64,000 nt of DNA from Perkinsus chesapeaki ATCC PRA-425 (lineage: Eukaryota; Protista; Perkinsozoa). The stretch spans positions 619-64,618 of the forward strand of contig JAAPAO010000140.1 of the NCBI GenBank assembly GCA_013115145.1, read 5' to 3'. The notes below the pieces were generated by a model. The model saw nothing but the letters and a program-made list of their open reading frames with translations, did no database searches and was not told the origin of the DNA. Made by a program: the position numbers and the translations under genes. Below, in pieces: positions 1 to 10,869 of the stretch. Position 1 is the first letter of the stretch. The number at the start of each line of letters is the position of its first letter.

Positions 1-19
1 ACCTCTCCAGAATTCAGCC

Positions 20-740
20 ATGGACAAGGTCTTCGAGCAGATCTATCGAAGACATGAAGATCTAACGAATGCTCGATACAGTTGTTTATTCACAGTCACG
101 CAGTACGAAGGGTATAATAAATTTGATCTATTGACGAAGGACTTCGAATCCAAACCTTCTACAGTGAGCTCTGATGCTCGGACGCTGGGATCTGTCTGCA
201 GGTTTCGGCCCAATATAGAGTGGTTCTTGTGCTTACTAACAAAATGGAAGGACTCAAAATTGCCAAATTGGAGCTCATCACATATTCGTTACCAACGTGA
301 GTTCATTGGCGGTGGTACCAGTCTAGAGATCTTGCTGTCACGTCAGAGTCGGCGTCCCAAGATTTAATATGAGCCTCTTGCGAGCTTGGGAGGCTTCGAG
401 GCAGGAAGTATCTACAGTAGATCTTACTGTGGGAGATGAGGAGCTTAAGCGTCTCTGTGTCGACTATATGTCTTATCCGAAGCCTAGGGCACCAAATTGG
501 AAACCAACACAGAAATGGTTCTTCGAGGACGCAGACGATATGAAAGATGAAATAATGCACCTAATTCGTTCGGTTACTAATACCAGATTGCGGCTAGCAA
601 GTTCAGGTGGTTGGACTAGAGATGTTCTCGAAATCCGAATTCATGAGCCAATTGGCCGGCGCAAGTGGCCGGTAGTTTACCAGGATCCCAATTATCATGC
701 GGTGTGGTTGAAGGATGAGCTGTCACGGCTTACTGGTTGA
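20..740 (+). CDS. Hypothetical multi-exon protein (may extend 5' of the window)
   Basis: ORFs 20-367 and 369-740 can be joined through GT-AG introns starting near 164 and 298; no family motif recognised. Confidence 0.3.
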
Positions 741-902
741 TACAGCCTCAGCTGCATATGATGTTGTTGGTGTCATGTCCTTGATTACAGTAGTTGCGTT
801 GGAGCGGATCTTGGTGGTGTTTGGATATATCTTTCAGGGCACAAGCGTGATAGAGGGTATCTCATGAATATATATTCATCATATAGTATCTTACGTTGAT
901 CC

Positions 903-3900
903 ATGCCATCTCCACGTAAAGGATCTACTCATCGTCTTCGGAATGATGACGAGGAACCGTCATCACCCCAAGTCGATTATGGTGAGGAGTGGGAGGAGAT
1001 ATATCGAGAAGAGGAGCAAGCAAGGATAGGTAATATGGGAAAGTATTACTGTAAATATTTACCACTATCGCCGTCCAAGACTTATACTCCCCCTAAGGCC
1101 ATATATTCATGGTCCCAGTTGAGTGTCCAAAGTAGGATGAATATTATATAGGGGATGAAGTAGGGTCAATATTATATAGGGGATGAAGTAGGGTCAATAT
1201 TATATAGGGGATGAAGTAGGGTGAATATTATATAGGGGATGAAGTAGGGTCAATATTATATAGGGGATGAAGTAGGGTGAATATCGTATGGGGGATGAAG
1301 TAGGGTGAATATTATATAGGGGATGAAGTAGGGTGAATATCGTATGGGGGATGTAGTAGGGTGAATATCGTATGGGGGTGAATAATTTAATTGTTAATAT
1401 TAATAATCCAATTGCCTCGGGCGGCAAGTGAGGTAGTCGTTGTTTCAGCTGCTGGTCGGCCTAAGAAGAAGGCATCTTCTTCTAGTAGCCAAAAGCCTCG
1501 ATTGAACCTCTGGGATGACTGTGAAAATATGCCTGGAGCCAAGCCGAATGCAACACCAGTACAGCGAGAGTGAGCTACCAGTGGATGATGGCCTTGGAGG
1601 CCGACTTGTTAAGTTTATCAGTAAGGTACTTTGAATCGAGATGCCTGAAGGTTTGGAAGGAGACAGCTAAGGAGAGTCAAGCGCACGAGGAGGAGCGGTC
1701 TCGTGAACTGGAGCTGGAGGAGGCGGAATGGTAGTAAGAGGAGTTACGGTAGTGCTTCGGGCTGAGACTGATGTTGTTGCTGTTGTAGTCTTGAGAACGA
1801 GATAACAGATTTGTTCGAGATGTTTCCTTTGCTGGATTCAGCTTTGATACAGGACATTTACCTTTGTAGCGAGAGGGACTGGGATGCCACCGTCGACACT
1901 TTATTGGTAAAGCCGGACGGGATAGAGGGTATTTTGGAGATGATGTCCTATTCTGCCATTTTGGCGTAGCTGTAAAAGGTTTTCACACAACAGGGACGGG
2001 ATAACATGGTTTTTAGAGATGTTATCCAGTTGTCCCTGTTGTGGCAGTATTCTGATCGCTGCACAGATATCACTTTGCTGGCTTTAATCGACAGGCTGGT
2101 CGAAGGGAAGGAGGACTTGCCTGAATTCTATAATATAGAATGTCCTATATATGCGGAATGACCTGGTGATTGCATATTGGATATTGTTAACGACTCCCGC
2201 TCATCTAGAGGTCATGTGTTTTGAGCATCTGATGCTTAATGACATCCCCTAAACGGTGGATGTTTGATAATTTTGGAACAACCTAATTAGGAGTTCTCTG
2301 AGCTAGTGCTGCTGCTGGCGAGGATATTTGAATTTCAGAAACTGAGTGGAGAGAATGACGGTCTCGATGCGAAAGTGAGCAAGCCGCCACCGAAGATGGA
2401 CGACGAGAATGAATTCCCCCTCCTTATAGGGAGAGACGATTGGCAGGTGGGCGGCGGAGGCGCCTTAGTTGGATGGAGAGTATTATCAGGTGGTCCCGCG
2501 ATATATAATGGAGGAAGGCGCAGCGCCGTCGAAGCCGCCAGAATCATCTTACTTGGCGAAGGCGAAGGCCTCTTCTTCCGACAAGACTGCAGAAAAACCT
2601 TAGCCCATATGTAGGGAACTTTGTATCTTTGCCTCGTTTCTACGGTTCTGATTTCATCTTCAAGAGGAATTGTGTTAACCTTAGTAATGAGACGGTGACA
2701 GCTGATCGAACATGGACGGGAGTGATGTCTCCTCGGGTACTGAGGGTGAATCGTCTGGTGATGAAGAGGAGATAACGTGGAATGTTAACGAAAGAGAGAA
2801 ACGTATAATACAGAAACCAGGTAGATCGAGCGGTAACAGGTTGGAGATATCGACCTGGCTTAGCGACTTCACGGGATGATGATGAGTTTTGGAGCTCGAC
2901 CTTGCATGACACTTGGGAGGAGGATCCGGATGATACAAGCATATCTTTCAACTCTGAGGACGAGGCGGATGAGCAATGGCAGGTAGCCACCACCCCATTC
3001 AAAAGTATCTTAGCTCGATGCTAGTAGGATGTGGGAGAATCTAGCATGTCCGATTCGGATTCGGTTGATGATGAGGATGCTGAGAGCGGCGTTGATGAAG
3101 CCAGTGATGATAGTTTGAAGAGGAGGCGTAAACCCAACAAGTAGGCGATACATTTACAGTATTACACTACTTCACCCACTGCTGCTGCGGCTGTTATTTT
3201 TAAACGTGGTTGCAGACTTATTGATGACATGTTAACGAATTCGTATTATGATTGTTACATTAATAATTATTCATCAACTTACTTCTTCTTGGGTAGTAAA
3301 GTTGCCGCTTGTATCTCCCACGTATTTTTGTTTGAAGAAGGACCACTGCTTAGTAGTGTCCTACTGACGCTCTGGTAAAGCTCTTCGGTATACCTCTTTA
3401 AATTTGGCTGCCACATGCTTTATGCCATTCCGAAGCTCAAAGGATAATTGAAGGTATGTCGATCCAGAGTTGCAACCGAAAAAGAGGAAGACTGGTGTAA
3501 AGCAGCGAGCAAAGAAATCAGGGGAGATCAGTGGACCGTCCAGGGAGGAGACGTCTGATAACGGGTAGGTTTTAATGGACCGCGGAGCTTATCATAGAGT
3601 GTTCCGGTTAACAGGAAGTCTTCGCCACAGTCGAGGGGAGTGAGCACACGGGACACAACCCAAGCACAGACTGTAGATTCGAATGTTAGAGAGGCTGATC
3701 GGCAACATACTCAGGCGGAGCGACGCAATCGACGAGGGAAAAAGGTGAAGAGTAAATGGCCAAGCTATGTGGGATCATCCACATGTCTAGTCGATGAGCA
3801 AGATTTTCAGGATGAGCTGATGCAGGAAGCTCGTGAAGTTGAGGTCTGGAATACCGGGCAGTTAACAAGTTATATTGCCTACGAGAAGGAACTACAACAG

Positions 3901-4178
3901 ACTGGACATCATCAAAGCTCCGCCGTTAAAGCCAGGAAGAAAGCACGAGAAACTGCCCCTTACATCCGATGGACCTCAAGCAGGTAAGCAGCCTCTCGCA
4001 TCTTCTTATGTGAACGAGTCTCGGCAGCTCCTCGGATGGACACGGGGCAGTGGAGGTGTTATCCTTCCATAACGGAGCGACAAGCTCAGCCATCTCCCCA
4101 CCGACGGTAGGGCAGGTGACGGAGCCGGACCAGACAGGGCCTTGGAAATATCGGGAACCTCTGACGAATGAGAAGTAG
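903..4178 (+). CDS. Multi-exon acidic/low-complexity protein with a CUE (ubiquitin-binding) domain; possibly two genes
   Basis: Exon about 1790-1906 translates LENEITDLFEMFPLLDSALIQDIYLCSERDWDATVDTLL (CUE-like MFP motif and terminal LL); other exons are D/E/S-rich and flanked by GT/AG. Confidence 0.45.
1140..1382. repeat. 28-bp minisatellite, about 8.7 copies (AATATTATATAGGGGATGAAGTAGGGTC/G)
   Basis: Directly adjacent copies start at 1140, 1168, 1196, 1224, 1252, 1280, 1308, 1336, 1364; variant AATATCGTATGGGGG in later copies; probably intronic. Confidence 0.95.
1986..2043. repeat. Nested inverted repeat (12-bp + 9-bp stems) in predicted intronic DNA
   Basis: CACAACAGGGAC (1986-1997) / GTCCCTGTTGTG (2032-2043), with inner GGATAACAT / ATGTTATCC. 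Confidence 0.85.
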
Positions 4179-4512
4179 CCATCATCCCATGTGCGCGCTA
4201 TTAGTATGTATTCAGATTTAATACGATTCAAGAGTACCAGAGCCTCCGACAGAAAGGTAAGGAAAGGGAGCTGTCAGAGTTTCGCCGGGCTTTGGAAGCT
4301 CTGGAAGCTTTCTGTCCAAATGGTTGAAGTTGCTAGTTGATGTGCTGTTGCGTTAAACTTTTATGTGGGGTTGTCGAACAGAGCGTACGGTTCCTGTGAG
4401 GCGGCGAGTAGCTCAATCGGTCCAGATTGGGAAGGACTGATGAGAACTCTATCCAACACAACACGCTCTTTTCACATAAGACATCGGTTATACATACTAG
4501 AGGGACAAGCTG

Positions 4513-5787
4513 TTAAAGAGGAAGACGTAAGTAGATGTTTAGCGCATTCACACAAGCTTCGGACCATCTACGGAGCCTGCCTTCCTCCGAGAAGTAACTC
4601 TGGAAGTTGAACCGATGTTGACATGGCCGAACAGCACTTTTAGGGAAGTAGAGTAGTTTTTTGGACAAGTCAAAGCCAATCCTGTAAGCTTTGAATAGTG
4701 GCCAACCCAGAAGAGGGCATTTACCATCGGGAACAGGCCCAATGGCCAGTTTGCACTGGACGTCATCACAGTCCCTAAGATAGTGTTTGGGCTCAATGCT
4801 GAGGTCAATGCAGCCTGCCCATGCTCCAATACAGTACACAATAGTGGGCAGATATTTCACATGCTCTTTCCGCACAAGCATAAAACCACTCTTTGGATCT
4901 TTCACCATCAGCTTCTTACCGGTCCTTGGCACCGGTACAGCATCGGTTCGATTTGCCATTTCCACCATTACTTGGTCGATCTGATCGAAGATAGGTAGTG
5001 GTACGTCGATAACGGTCGCACCAGAGTCCACGACAACGAGTTCCATGTCGCCGTATCTGCGGATGTTATCCCCTCTGTCTGCATATGATTTATCATCACT
5101 GTCAACAATCGTGACCATTGGTACCGGTATAGAAGTCTTACGGTGATAGGCATATCGACGACCATGGTCCATTCTCAGAGGGTGGCTATCCACCAGTTGC
5201 GCATTCCCTATCGATAGTACACCAGACATGGTATGATTAGGGCCGTTGATATCAATCGAGTATTGAAGATTAGAGATGATGCCCCGTCGCTTTAACTGCT
5301 CTAGAGCCGTTTCAGGTAGGTATCTCCTACCAAAAGATAGACCTAGAAAACCCTGAGGCGTGCAGTTGTTGTCACTGTGGTTGATCGCCAATCCTATGGT
5401 GAAATGCTTTATTATTATACTTCCGATGGTGAGTGTAAGGCTATGCTCCACGTACTCGTACACGCCCCCAGTCTCGTAGGGAACCGTCCATCGCTTCCTC
5501 TCGAGAATATCATTACAGGGATTCTCAATAGGGCAAAAGTAACACCCTGAAAGAAGTCTACTGCAACTCCCTTCTCCATTCTTTTTCTCGTAAGAAGGGC
5601 CGTGTATAACAAAGCTCCTAGCCGTGCCCGTGTCCATAATAACGTTAGTTTTTTGCCCGTCCAAAGTGAGAGGTATATATCCTTCTGTTATAGGTAAGGT
5701 TATCACCTCAGCGATGCTAGCCTTCGCCGACAGTGTGAGTACGATGCAGCTGGAACGCATAAATAGGGAAAGTAAACTTCCTAACAT
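4513..5787 (-). CDS. Secreted pepsin-family (A1) aspartyl protease, copy 1, intronless
   Basis: Hydrophobic N-terminus from ATG 5787; catalytic motifs IMDTGT and VVDSGA; GFLGLS and LLGWPLFKAYRIGFD motifs. Confidence 0.9.
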   Translation of the reverse strand: MLGSLLSLFMRSSCIVLTLSAKASIAEVITLPITEGYIPLTLDGQKTNVIMDTGTARSFVIHGPSYEKKNGEGSCSRLLSGCYFCPIENPCNDILERKRWTVPYETGGVYEYVEHSLTLTIGSIIIKHFTIGLAINHSDNNCTPQGFLGLSFGRRYLPETALEQLKRRGIISNLQYSIDINGPNHTMSGVLSIGNAQLVDSHPLRMDHGRRYAYHRKTSIPVPMVTIVDSDDKSYADRGDNIRRYGDMELVVVDSGATVIDVPLPIFDQIDQVMVEMANRTDAVPVPRTGKKLMVKDPKSGFMLVRKEHVKYLPTIVYCIGAWAGCIDLSIEPKHYLRDCDDVQCKLAIGPVPDGKCPLLGWPLFKAYRIGFDLSKKLLYFPKSAVRPCQHRFNFQSYFSEEGRLRRWSEACVNALNIYLRLPL

Positions 5788-5918
5788 CCTCGAGTTCACC
5801 GCGCAAACTCCACGCCCCAATATTTATCACGCGACCTCTGCTTCGATTCTCTTAAATTGCACATCTGTTATACATATGGATTTAACAATATAGTATAGAA
5901 TCGAAAACACTCAATGCA

Positions 5919-7112
5919 CTACATCGCTGACAGACGCTGTTTCCGTCTGATAATTGATTTGATCAAGCTTGGTAGACGTCGAAGTATCCGCCTGGAAGTG
6001 GAAAAGTAAAGCTGCTCGCTAGACAGATCAAAACCAACCGTGTAAGCCCTGAACATGGGCTTACCCAAGCAGAGGAATTCGTCATCGGGAATACGACCAA
6101 GTGCCAATGTACACTCATTGTCATCGCAAGTACCAATATAGTGTTTGGGTTCAACTTTGAGCTCAATGCAGTCCGCCTGTCCTCCAATACAATACACGAT
6201 AGTGGGGAGGTATTTGACATACTTCTTCCGCACAAGGACCCAACCACTTTTTGCGTCCTCCCATATTATTTTATTATCACCAGTGGCAAATCTCGATTTG
6301 GCCGACAGTTCTGCCATTTTTTCAGTAATTAGATCGAAGCTTGATGCTGGAATGTCGATTAGTGTCGCGCCGGAGTCCACAACACCAGTAATGGTATCTC
6401 CTATAGCGTATTCAGATCTACCAGCTGAATATACTCTGCCGGTAGGATCAGAGAACGTTACCGCCGATACCATCACAGCAGCCTTCCTGCCAATCGAGCC
6501 AGGTTCTCGACGGTCCATATAAATCGCCTGGCCGTCGATTGGTCTTCCATCTCCAATTCGCAGCATTCCAGTCGCATCCGGTTTGCGTTCTTCAATATGA
6601 ATTGAGTAAACGAGATCTGAGATGACGGCTCTTCTCTTGAGTTGTTCCAAGAATGTTTCTGGAATGTCGCCCCGGCCGAAAGAAAGGCCTAGAAGCCCTT
6701 TGGGTGGATACCGCAAACTTGAAGTTGAGCTGTACTGGAGTACCAAACCAATTTTGAAATCCTCTATTATCCTAGTCCCGATGGTGAGTGCAACGGAATG
6801 CTCCACGTACTCGTACACGTATCCATCTCCGAAGACGGCAACCCATCCCTTCCTTTGGAGAATATCGTTGCAGGACTTACCCGGAGGACAGAAGTAACAC
6901 CCTGCAAAAAGTTCTTCGCAGCTCCCATGCCCGTTGATAGCCTCGTAAGAAGGACCATATATGGCAAAGCTCCTAGCACTTCCAGTGTCCATATGAAAGT
7001 TAAGGGCCTGCCCGTCGAGACCAAGAGACACACATCCTCTCCTTATAGGTAGACTTATCGAATCAGTGCTGACCAAGGTGGGCGGATAGAATATGAGGAA
7101 TAAGAGATACAT
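5919..7112 (-). CDS. Secreted pepsin-family aspartyl protease, copy 2, intronless
   Basis: Signal peptide; HMDTGS and VVDSGA; GLLGLS; LGKPMFRAYTVGFD. Confidence 0.9.
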   Translation of the reverse strand: MYLLFLIFYPPTLVSTDSISLPIRRGCVSLGLDGQALNFHMDTGSARSFAIYGPSYEAINGHGSCEELFAGCYFCPPGKSCNDILQRKGWVAVFGDGYVYEYVEHSVALTIGTRIIEDFKIGLVLQYSSTSSLRYPPKGLLGLSFGRGDIPETFLEQLKRRAVISDLVYSIHIEERKPDATGMLRIGDGRPIDGQAIYMDRREPGSIGRKAAVMVSAVTFSDPTGRVYSAGRSEYAIGDTITGVVDSGATLIDIPASSFDLITEKMAELSAKSRFATGDNKIIWEDAKSGWVLVRKKYVKYLPTIVYCIGGQADCIELKVEPKHYIGTCDDNECTLALGRIPDDEFLCLGKPMFRAYTVGFDLSSEQLYFSTSRRILRRLPSLIKSIIRRKQRLSAM

Positions 7113-8160
7113 GAATTAAAACGAGAAAACCTAAAACCATGAAAGATATTCCCATAAGACCGTCCCCGAAGAAGGAGTCAGCCTGATACTTCGTACGGGA
7201 TGGTGATTTATGGGGGCAGAGCTTTGATGACCAAAATCGCCCCGCTCATGCCACGAGCCAATTGGAGCCGGAAACAAGTCGAATGCTCAAGTCAGCTTAG
7301 TTCATACTTTAGAGAAAAAAGGTGCATGCGCCCAAAAATAAGCGACATTCACCCCGTCTCCCTTTCGCATTCTTGATTTCTTTCGTATTCTTCATACTGG
7401 AACAGCCCGCGTCTCGTAGTAATTCAACTCTTGTCATGTGAGAGTCTCACAGTACTACAGTACACGGATGTAGATGATAAGCGCACAGTGAGCACTTCCG
7501 CAACAGTCTGTAGTACTGCCATTTGCCGGAAACTCCCATTTCCCTGTCATTCAGACAGACTCGACATTAATAGGGCACCTTCAAGTTGAGGGCCTCAACC
7601 GTTCTTAGTGAGAACTTCTTACGGAATCAAACGGGAGTCCTCTCTTTCAACTTCTCCCTCAGTGAGTGACACTTTGTCGTGGTCGATTGCTCCCTAAATG
7701 GACATAGTTGCCCCAGGAATCATCGGTGAAGATTGCCGGACAATATTACTCGAACAGATTGTTAGGTTTATGCAGGTTGGTAAAAGTACCATATAGTTGA
7801 TATTTTAGGATAGAACTAACGGACTGGTTACAGTTTGTTCCTCCCGTTGACATTAACGAAGGGGTTGAAAGAACAGCCGTTGACATTATACTCTTACCTT
7901 GTCAACGTGACACCCAGAACAGCCTGCGATAACCAAGTAAGGCGTCCCTGCTGAAATCCCTGTAAAAACACATCAACTACCTCCCGAGTCAAGGATTTTG
8001 ACATGTATCTATGACGTATACGTACATGTCGAACATATATTCTCAAACACAAAATAAAGATGGAACATTAACGATCAGCACATCCATATGCAGTTACAGG
8101 TCATGACAGGGTTTACAATAATAAAAAGTATCGTGTAGCAGCCGCGACATCAGAATCAAC

Positions 8161-9321
8161 TCAATTGCCTTCTGCAGGCAATTCTACGCCGGGCTCGATA
8201 GCTGTGAAACTGAATCGCTCTCTAGATAAGTCGAACCCAATCGCGTAAGCTCGAAATAGAGGCTGACCCAGGCCAAGGGCTCTGCGGTTTGGAATACGGG
8301 CAACGGCTAGAAAACAATAACCCCTGTTGCAATTCTGAATATAATGCTTAGGCTGTATTCTGAGCTGAATACAGTCTGGTCCCTCTCCAATACAGTACAC
8401 AATATCAGGGAGGTACTTGGCATGTTTATCGCGGACGACTACCCAACCACAATTATCCTCCCATATTATCTCCTTGTGGCCTCTATCACCCACAGATATC
8501 TTGCTACCCTCTTGAGTTAGCGAATCTATCATAACTAGGTTAATTAAATCGAACACACTTGCAGGCACGTCGATAACACCCAGACCGCTATCTACGAGCA
8601 TGGGTGTGCTATCTCCAGCTGTAGCACCCTCCACTGCGGCGTGTAGATGGAGTACTCCTTGGATATCAACGAGTTGGATCATTGATAGTGGTACAGCAGG
8701 CTTCCGATGGAGTTCTGGGGGTCGCCGTGGATCCATCTTCACCGACTCTCCGCCCACCAGTTGCGCATCGCCCAACGATAGTACACCAGACGTGCTGCCC
8801 ATGGGGCCTTTGATATGAATTGCGTACACGAGATCGGCGATAATGCCGCGTCTTTTTAACTGCTCCAATACGGTTTCTGGTAGGGATCTTCTACCGAACG
8901 ACAGACCTAGGTAACCGTGAGGCTCACAGCGCACCCCGCTGTGCTTGATCGCCAGTCCGAACGTGAAATCCTTTATCACCGCCGCCCCGATAGTGAGGGT
9001 AAGAGTATGCTCCACGTATTCGTATTCTCCGCTTCCGAACGCAACTCTCCAGCGCTTTCTCTGTAGGATATCTTCGCATGGGTTCTCGCGAGGGCAAAAA
9101 TAGCATCCCGAGCGAAGTTTACCACAACTCCCTTCCCCGTTGAGCCTTTCGTATGAAGGGCCATGTATGGCAAAACTTCTGGCGGTGCCTGTATCCACGA
9201 GAAGGTCATTTTTCTGCCCATCCAAGCCCAGAGATATAAATTCCTCCACTACGGGCAAAACCAAAGCCTCAGCGACGACGACGCGGCTCAGAGGGGTCAA
9301 GAGGACGAGAGTAGAATACAT
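8161..9321 (-). CDS. Secreted pepsin-family aspartyl protease, copy 3, intronless
   Basis: Signal peptide; LVDTGT and LVDSGL; GYLGLS; LGQPLFRAYAIGFD. Confidence 0.9.
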   Translation of the reverse strand: MYSTLVLLTPLSRVVVAEALVLPVVEEFISLGLDGQKNDLLVDTGTARSFAIHGPSYERLNGEGSCGKLRSGCYFCPRENPCEDILQRKRWRVAFGSGEYEYVEHTLTLTIGAAVIKDFTFGLAIKHSGVRCEPHGYLGLSFGRRSLPETVLEQLKRRGIIADLVYAIHIKGPMGSTSGVLSLGDAQLVGGESVKMDPRRPPELHRKPAVPLSMIQLVDIQGVLHLHAAVEGATAGDSTPMLVDSGLGVIDVPASVFDLINLVMIDSLTQEGSKISVGDRGHKEIIWEDNCGWVVVRDKHAKYLPDIVYCIGEGPDCIQLRIQPKHYIQNCNRGYCFLAVARIPNRRALGLGQPLFRAYAIGFDLSRERFSFTAIEPGVELPAEGN

Positions 9322-9845
9322 AAACGAGTAAACTGAACTTCAGTGTATCTGCGCGTGAGCTTCTACTCTGCATTTTCGACGCTTTCAGAGCAACGCTATG
9401 GCATTTGGTGCTCAGCTAAACCGTGCTTAGTGACAATGAGTCGGTGCTCAATAGCTACACACCTCCTTATTTCTGGGTAACATGGAAGCGCTCTCCCGCT
9501 CGACGTGCAACGATGGTGTCTCGTCTCCATTGTTCAGCCTATCACGTGTCTCCCGGACTGCACTGTCTCTTCTCGTGCGAGTGGAATACGGAGACCAAGA
9601 TTTCGGCAAGATGCTTGCCTGCATGGTCTACGCGACGTTTCTGACATTGCCAGTGCTACAACGGAGCTTCAGGAGTTATTCGTGTACATGCGAAAGAAGT
9701 GGCCTGCGTAGCTACTGAGCGGTCTCGAAACGGTTTTTCATATTTTCTGGCGGACTGAGTGTGTTACAAGCAAACCAGTAGGATCATCCAACTAGGACGG
9801 GGAATCTAGCCCATGTGAATGTTTTCGGATCAGCGTGTTTCTGGG

Positions 9846-9896
9846 GTAGCTAGAAATCTCGAAATATCAGCCTGGTATTTCGAGATTTCTGGCTAC
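9846..9896. repeat. 25-bp-arm inverted repeat with 1-nt spacer
   Basis: 9846-9870 versus reverse complement of 9872-9896: 23/25 identical; both mismatches are G-U pairs in a plus-strand RNA. Confidence 0.9.
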
Positions 9897-10036
9897 TCTG
9901 AATACGTAGAATATCTGAATAGCATTCGTTTGTTCGTGTCGAAACCCCCTGAAGAAATATCGATAGTAATCGCACCAGAGTCAACGATGGAGGTTATGCT
10001 CGCTATCCTCTCCACCAGAATAGTTGACCATGTCAT
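9893..10036 (-). pseudogene. Relic of a fourth aspartyl protease (second catalytic motif only)
   Basis: Translates ...SITSIVDSGAITIDISSGGFD..., matching VVDSGATLIDIPASSFD of copy 2, same strand, then a stop. Confidence 0.6.
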
Positions 10037-10869
10037 CTGAATCCGATCAGTTACAGGCTGCATGCTCTACCAGTTCAGTATTTTATTCCATTTTATACCT
10101 TTCTCTCTGACCGCATTTCGCCAAAAATAGGTGTATCTCGCCACAAACTCGAGCCGGGCCGGTTATAAAGATCGGCGCGACTGCCTAGTGACTCAAATTC
10201 AGATACACAACCAAGCTCGCACAGACAATTGTGTGGCAACACAAATAGACAAATGAGGAACCGACTCAAGCTCGAGCTGTGCCTCTAAGCACTCTTGTGC
10301 TTTCCGACTAAGTGTGATTGTCTTTTAGGTGGAGCAGTAAAACTCAAGTATCATCAGTACATCGCACTGTCGTGGTTGTTTCAAGTCGATAGTGTATTCT
10401 GGTTCGCGATTCTCATTATATCAACGCCTTGACAACTCGAAGACATCAGCTATTTGCAGAAAACAACGATTTCGAGTTAATAATACAACAGTCATTCAAA
10501 AGCGGTGATAAGCTAACGAATATAAAGAAGACAACTGAGCGAGATGAAAATATCATTCTGAGGGGGAAATAATGTCAGAACTTCCCATTGCTGAAATACT
10601 CGTTCTTCGGCTACCCAAAGATGCTGTTGATGCCATTCCATTCTTTCTGAGATGATGCACTGTAACCCACAGACCGCTGTGATCAACTCACCTTATTAAC
10701 GGCTGCCGCCAAGCCAACACCCAACTGGGAGCGAGGCGTGCTTGTCCCTTGCTGAGGGACTCTAGTGGACGGAGACGGTGGGGGAAGGTCTCGCCGCGAG
10801 CTGACAAGGAATCGCTGGTTGCGGTTATGACTATACCAACTTTTGCACAACACTTTGTTGAATGACTAT

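Noticed and set aside
1140-1382. 28-bp repeats as a CRISPR array
   Set aside because: Units are directly adjacent with no unique spacers; eukaryotic context; no cas genes.
1955-1965. GCCATTTTGGC, 11-nt match to the dinoflagellate spliced-leader core
   Set aside because: Too short, flanks do not match, lies in predicted intron rather than upstream of a start codon.
5788-5820. ORF-track N-terminal extensions from GTG/TTG starts (also 31553, 35596, 41950, 62016)
   Set aside because: Eukaryotic genes; the first in-frame ATG gives sensible N-termini.
7450-7518. Hairpin with 11-bp terminal stem between protease copies
   Set aside because: About one such stem is expected by chance in 64 kb; inner pairing is weak; no properly placed C/D boxes.
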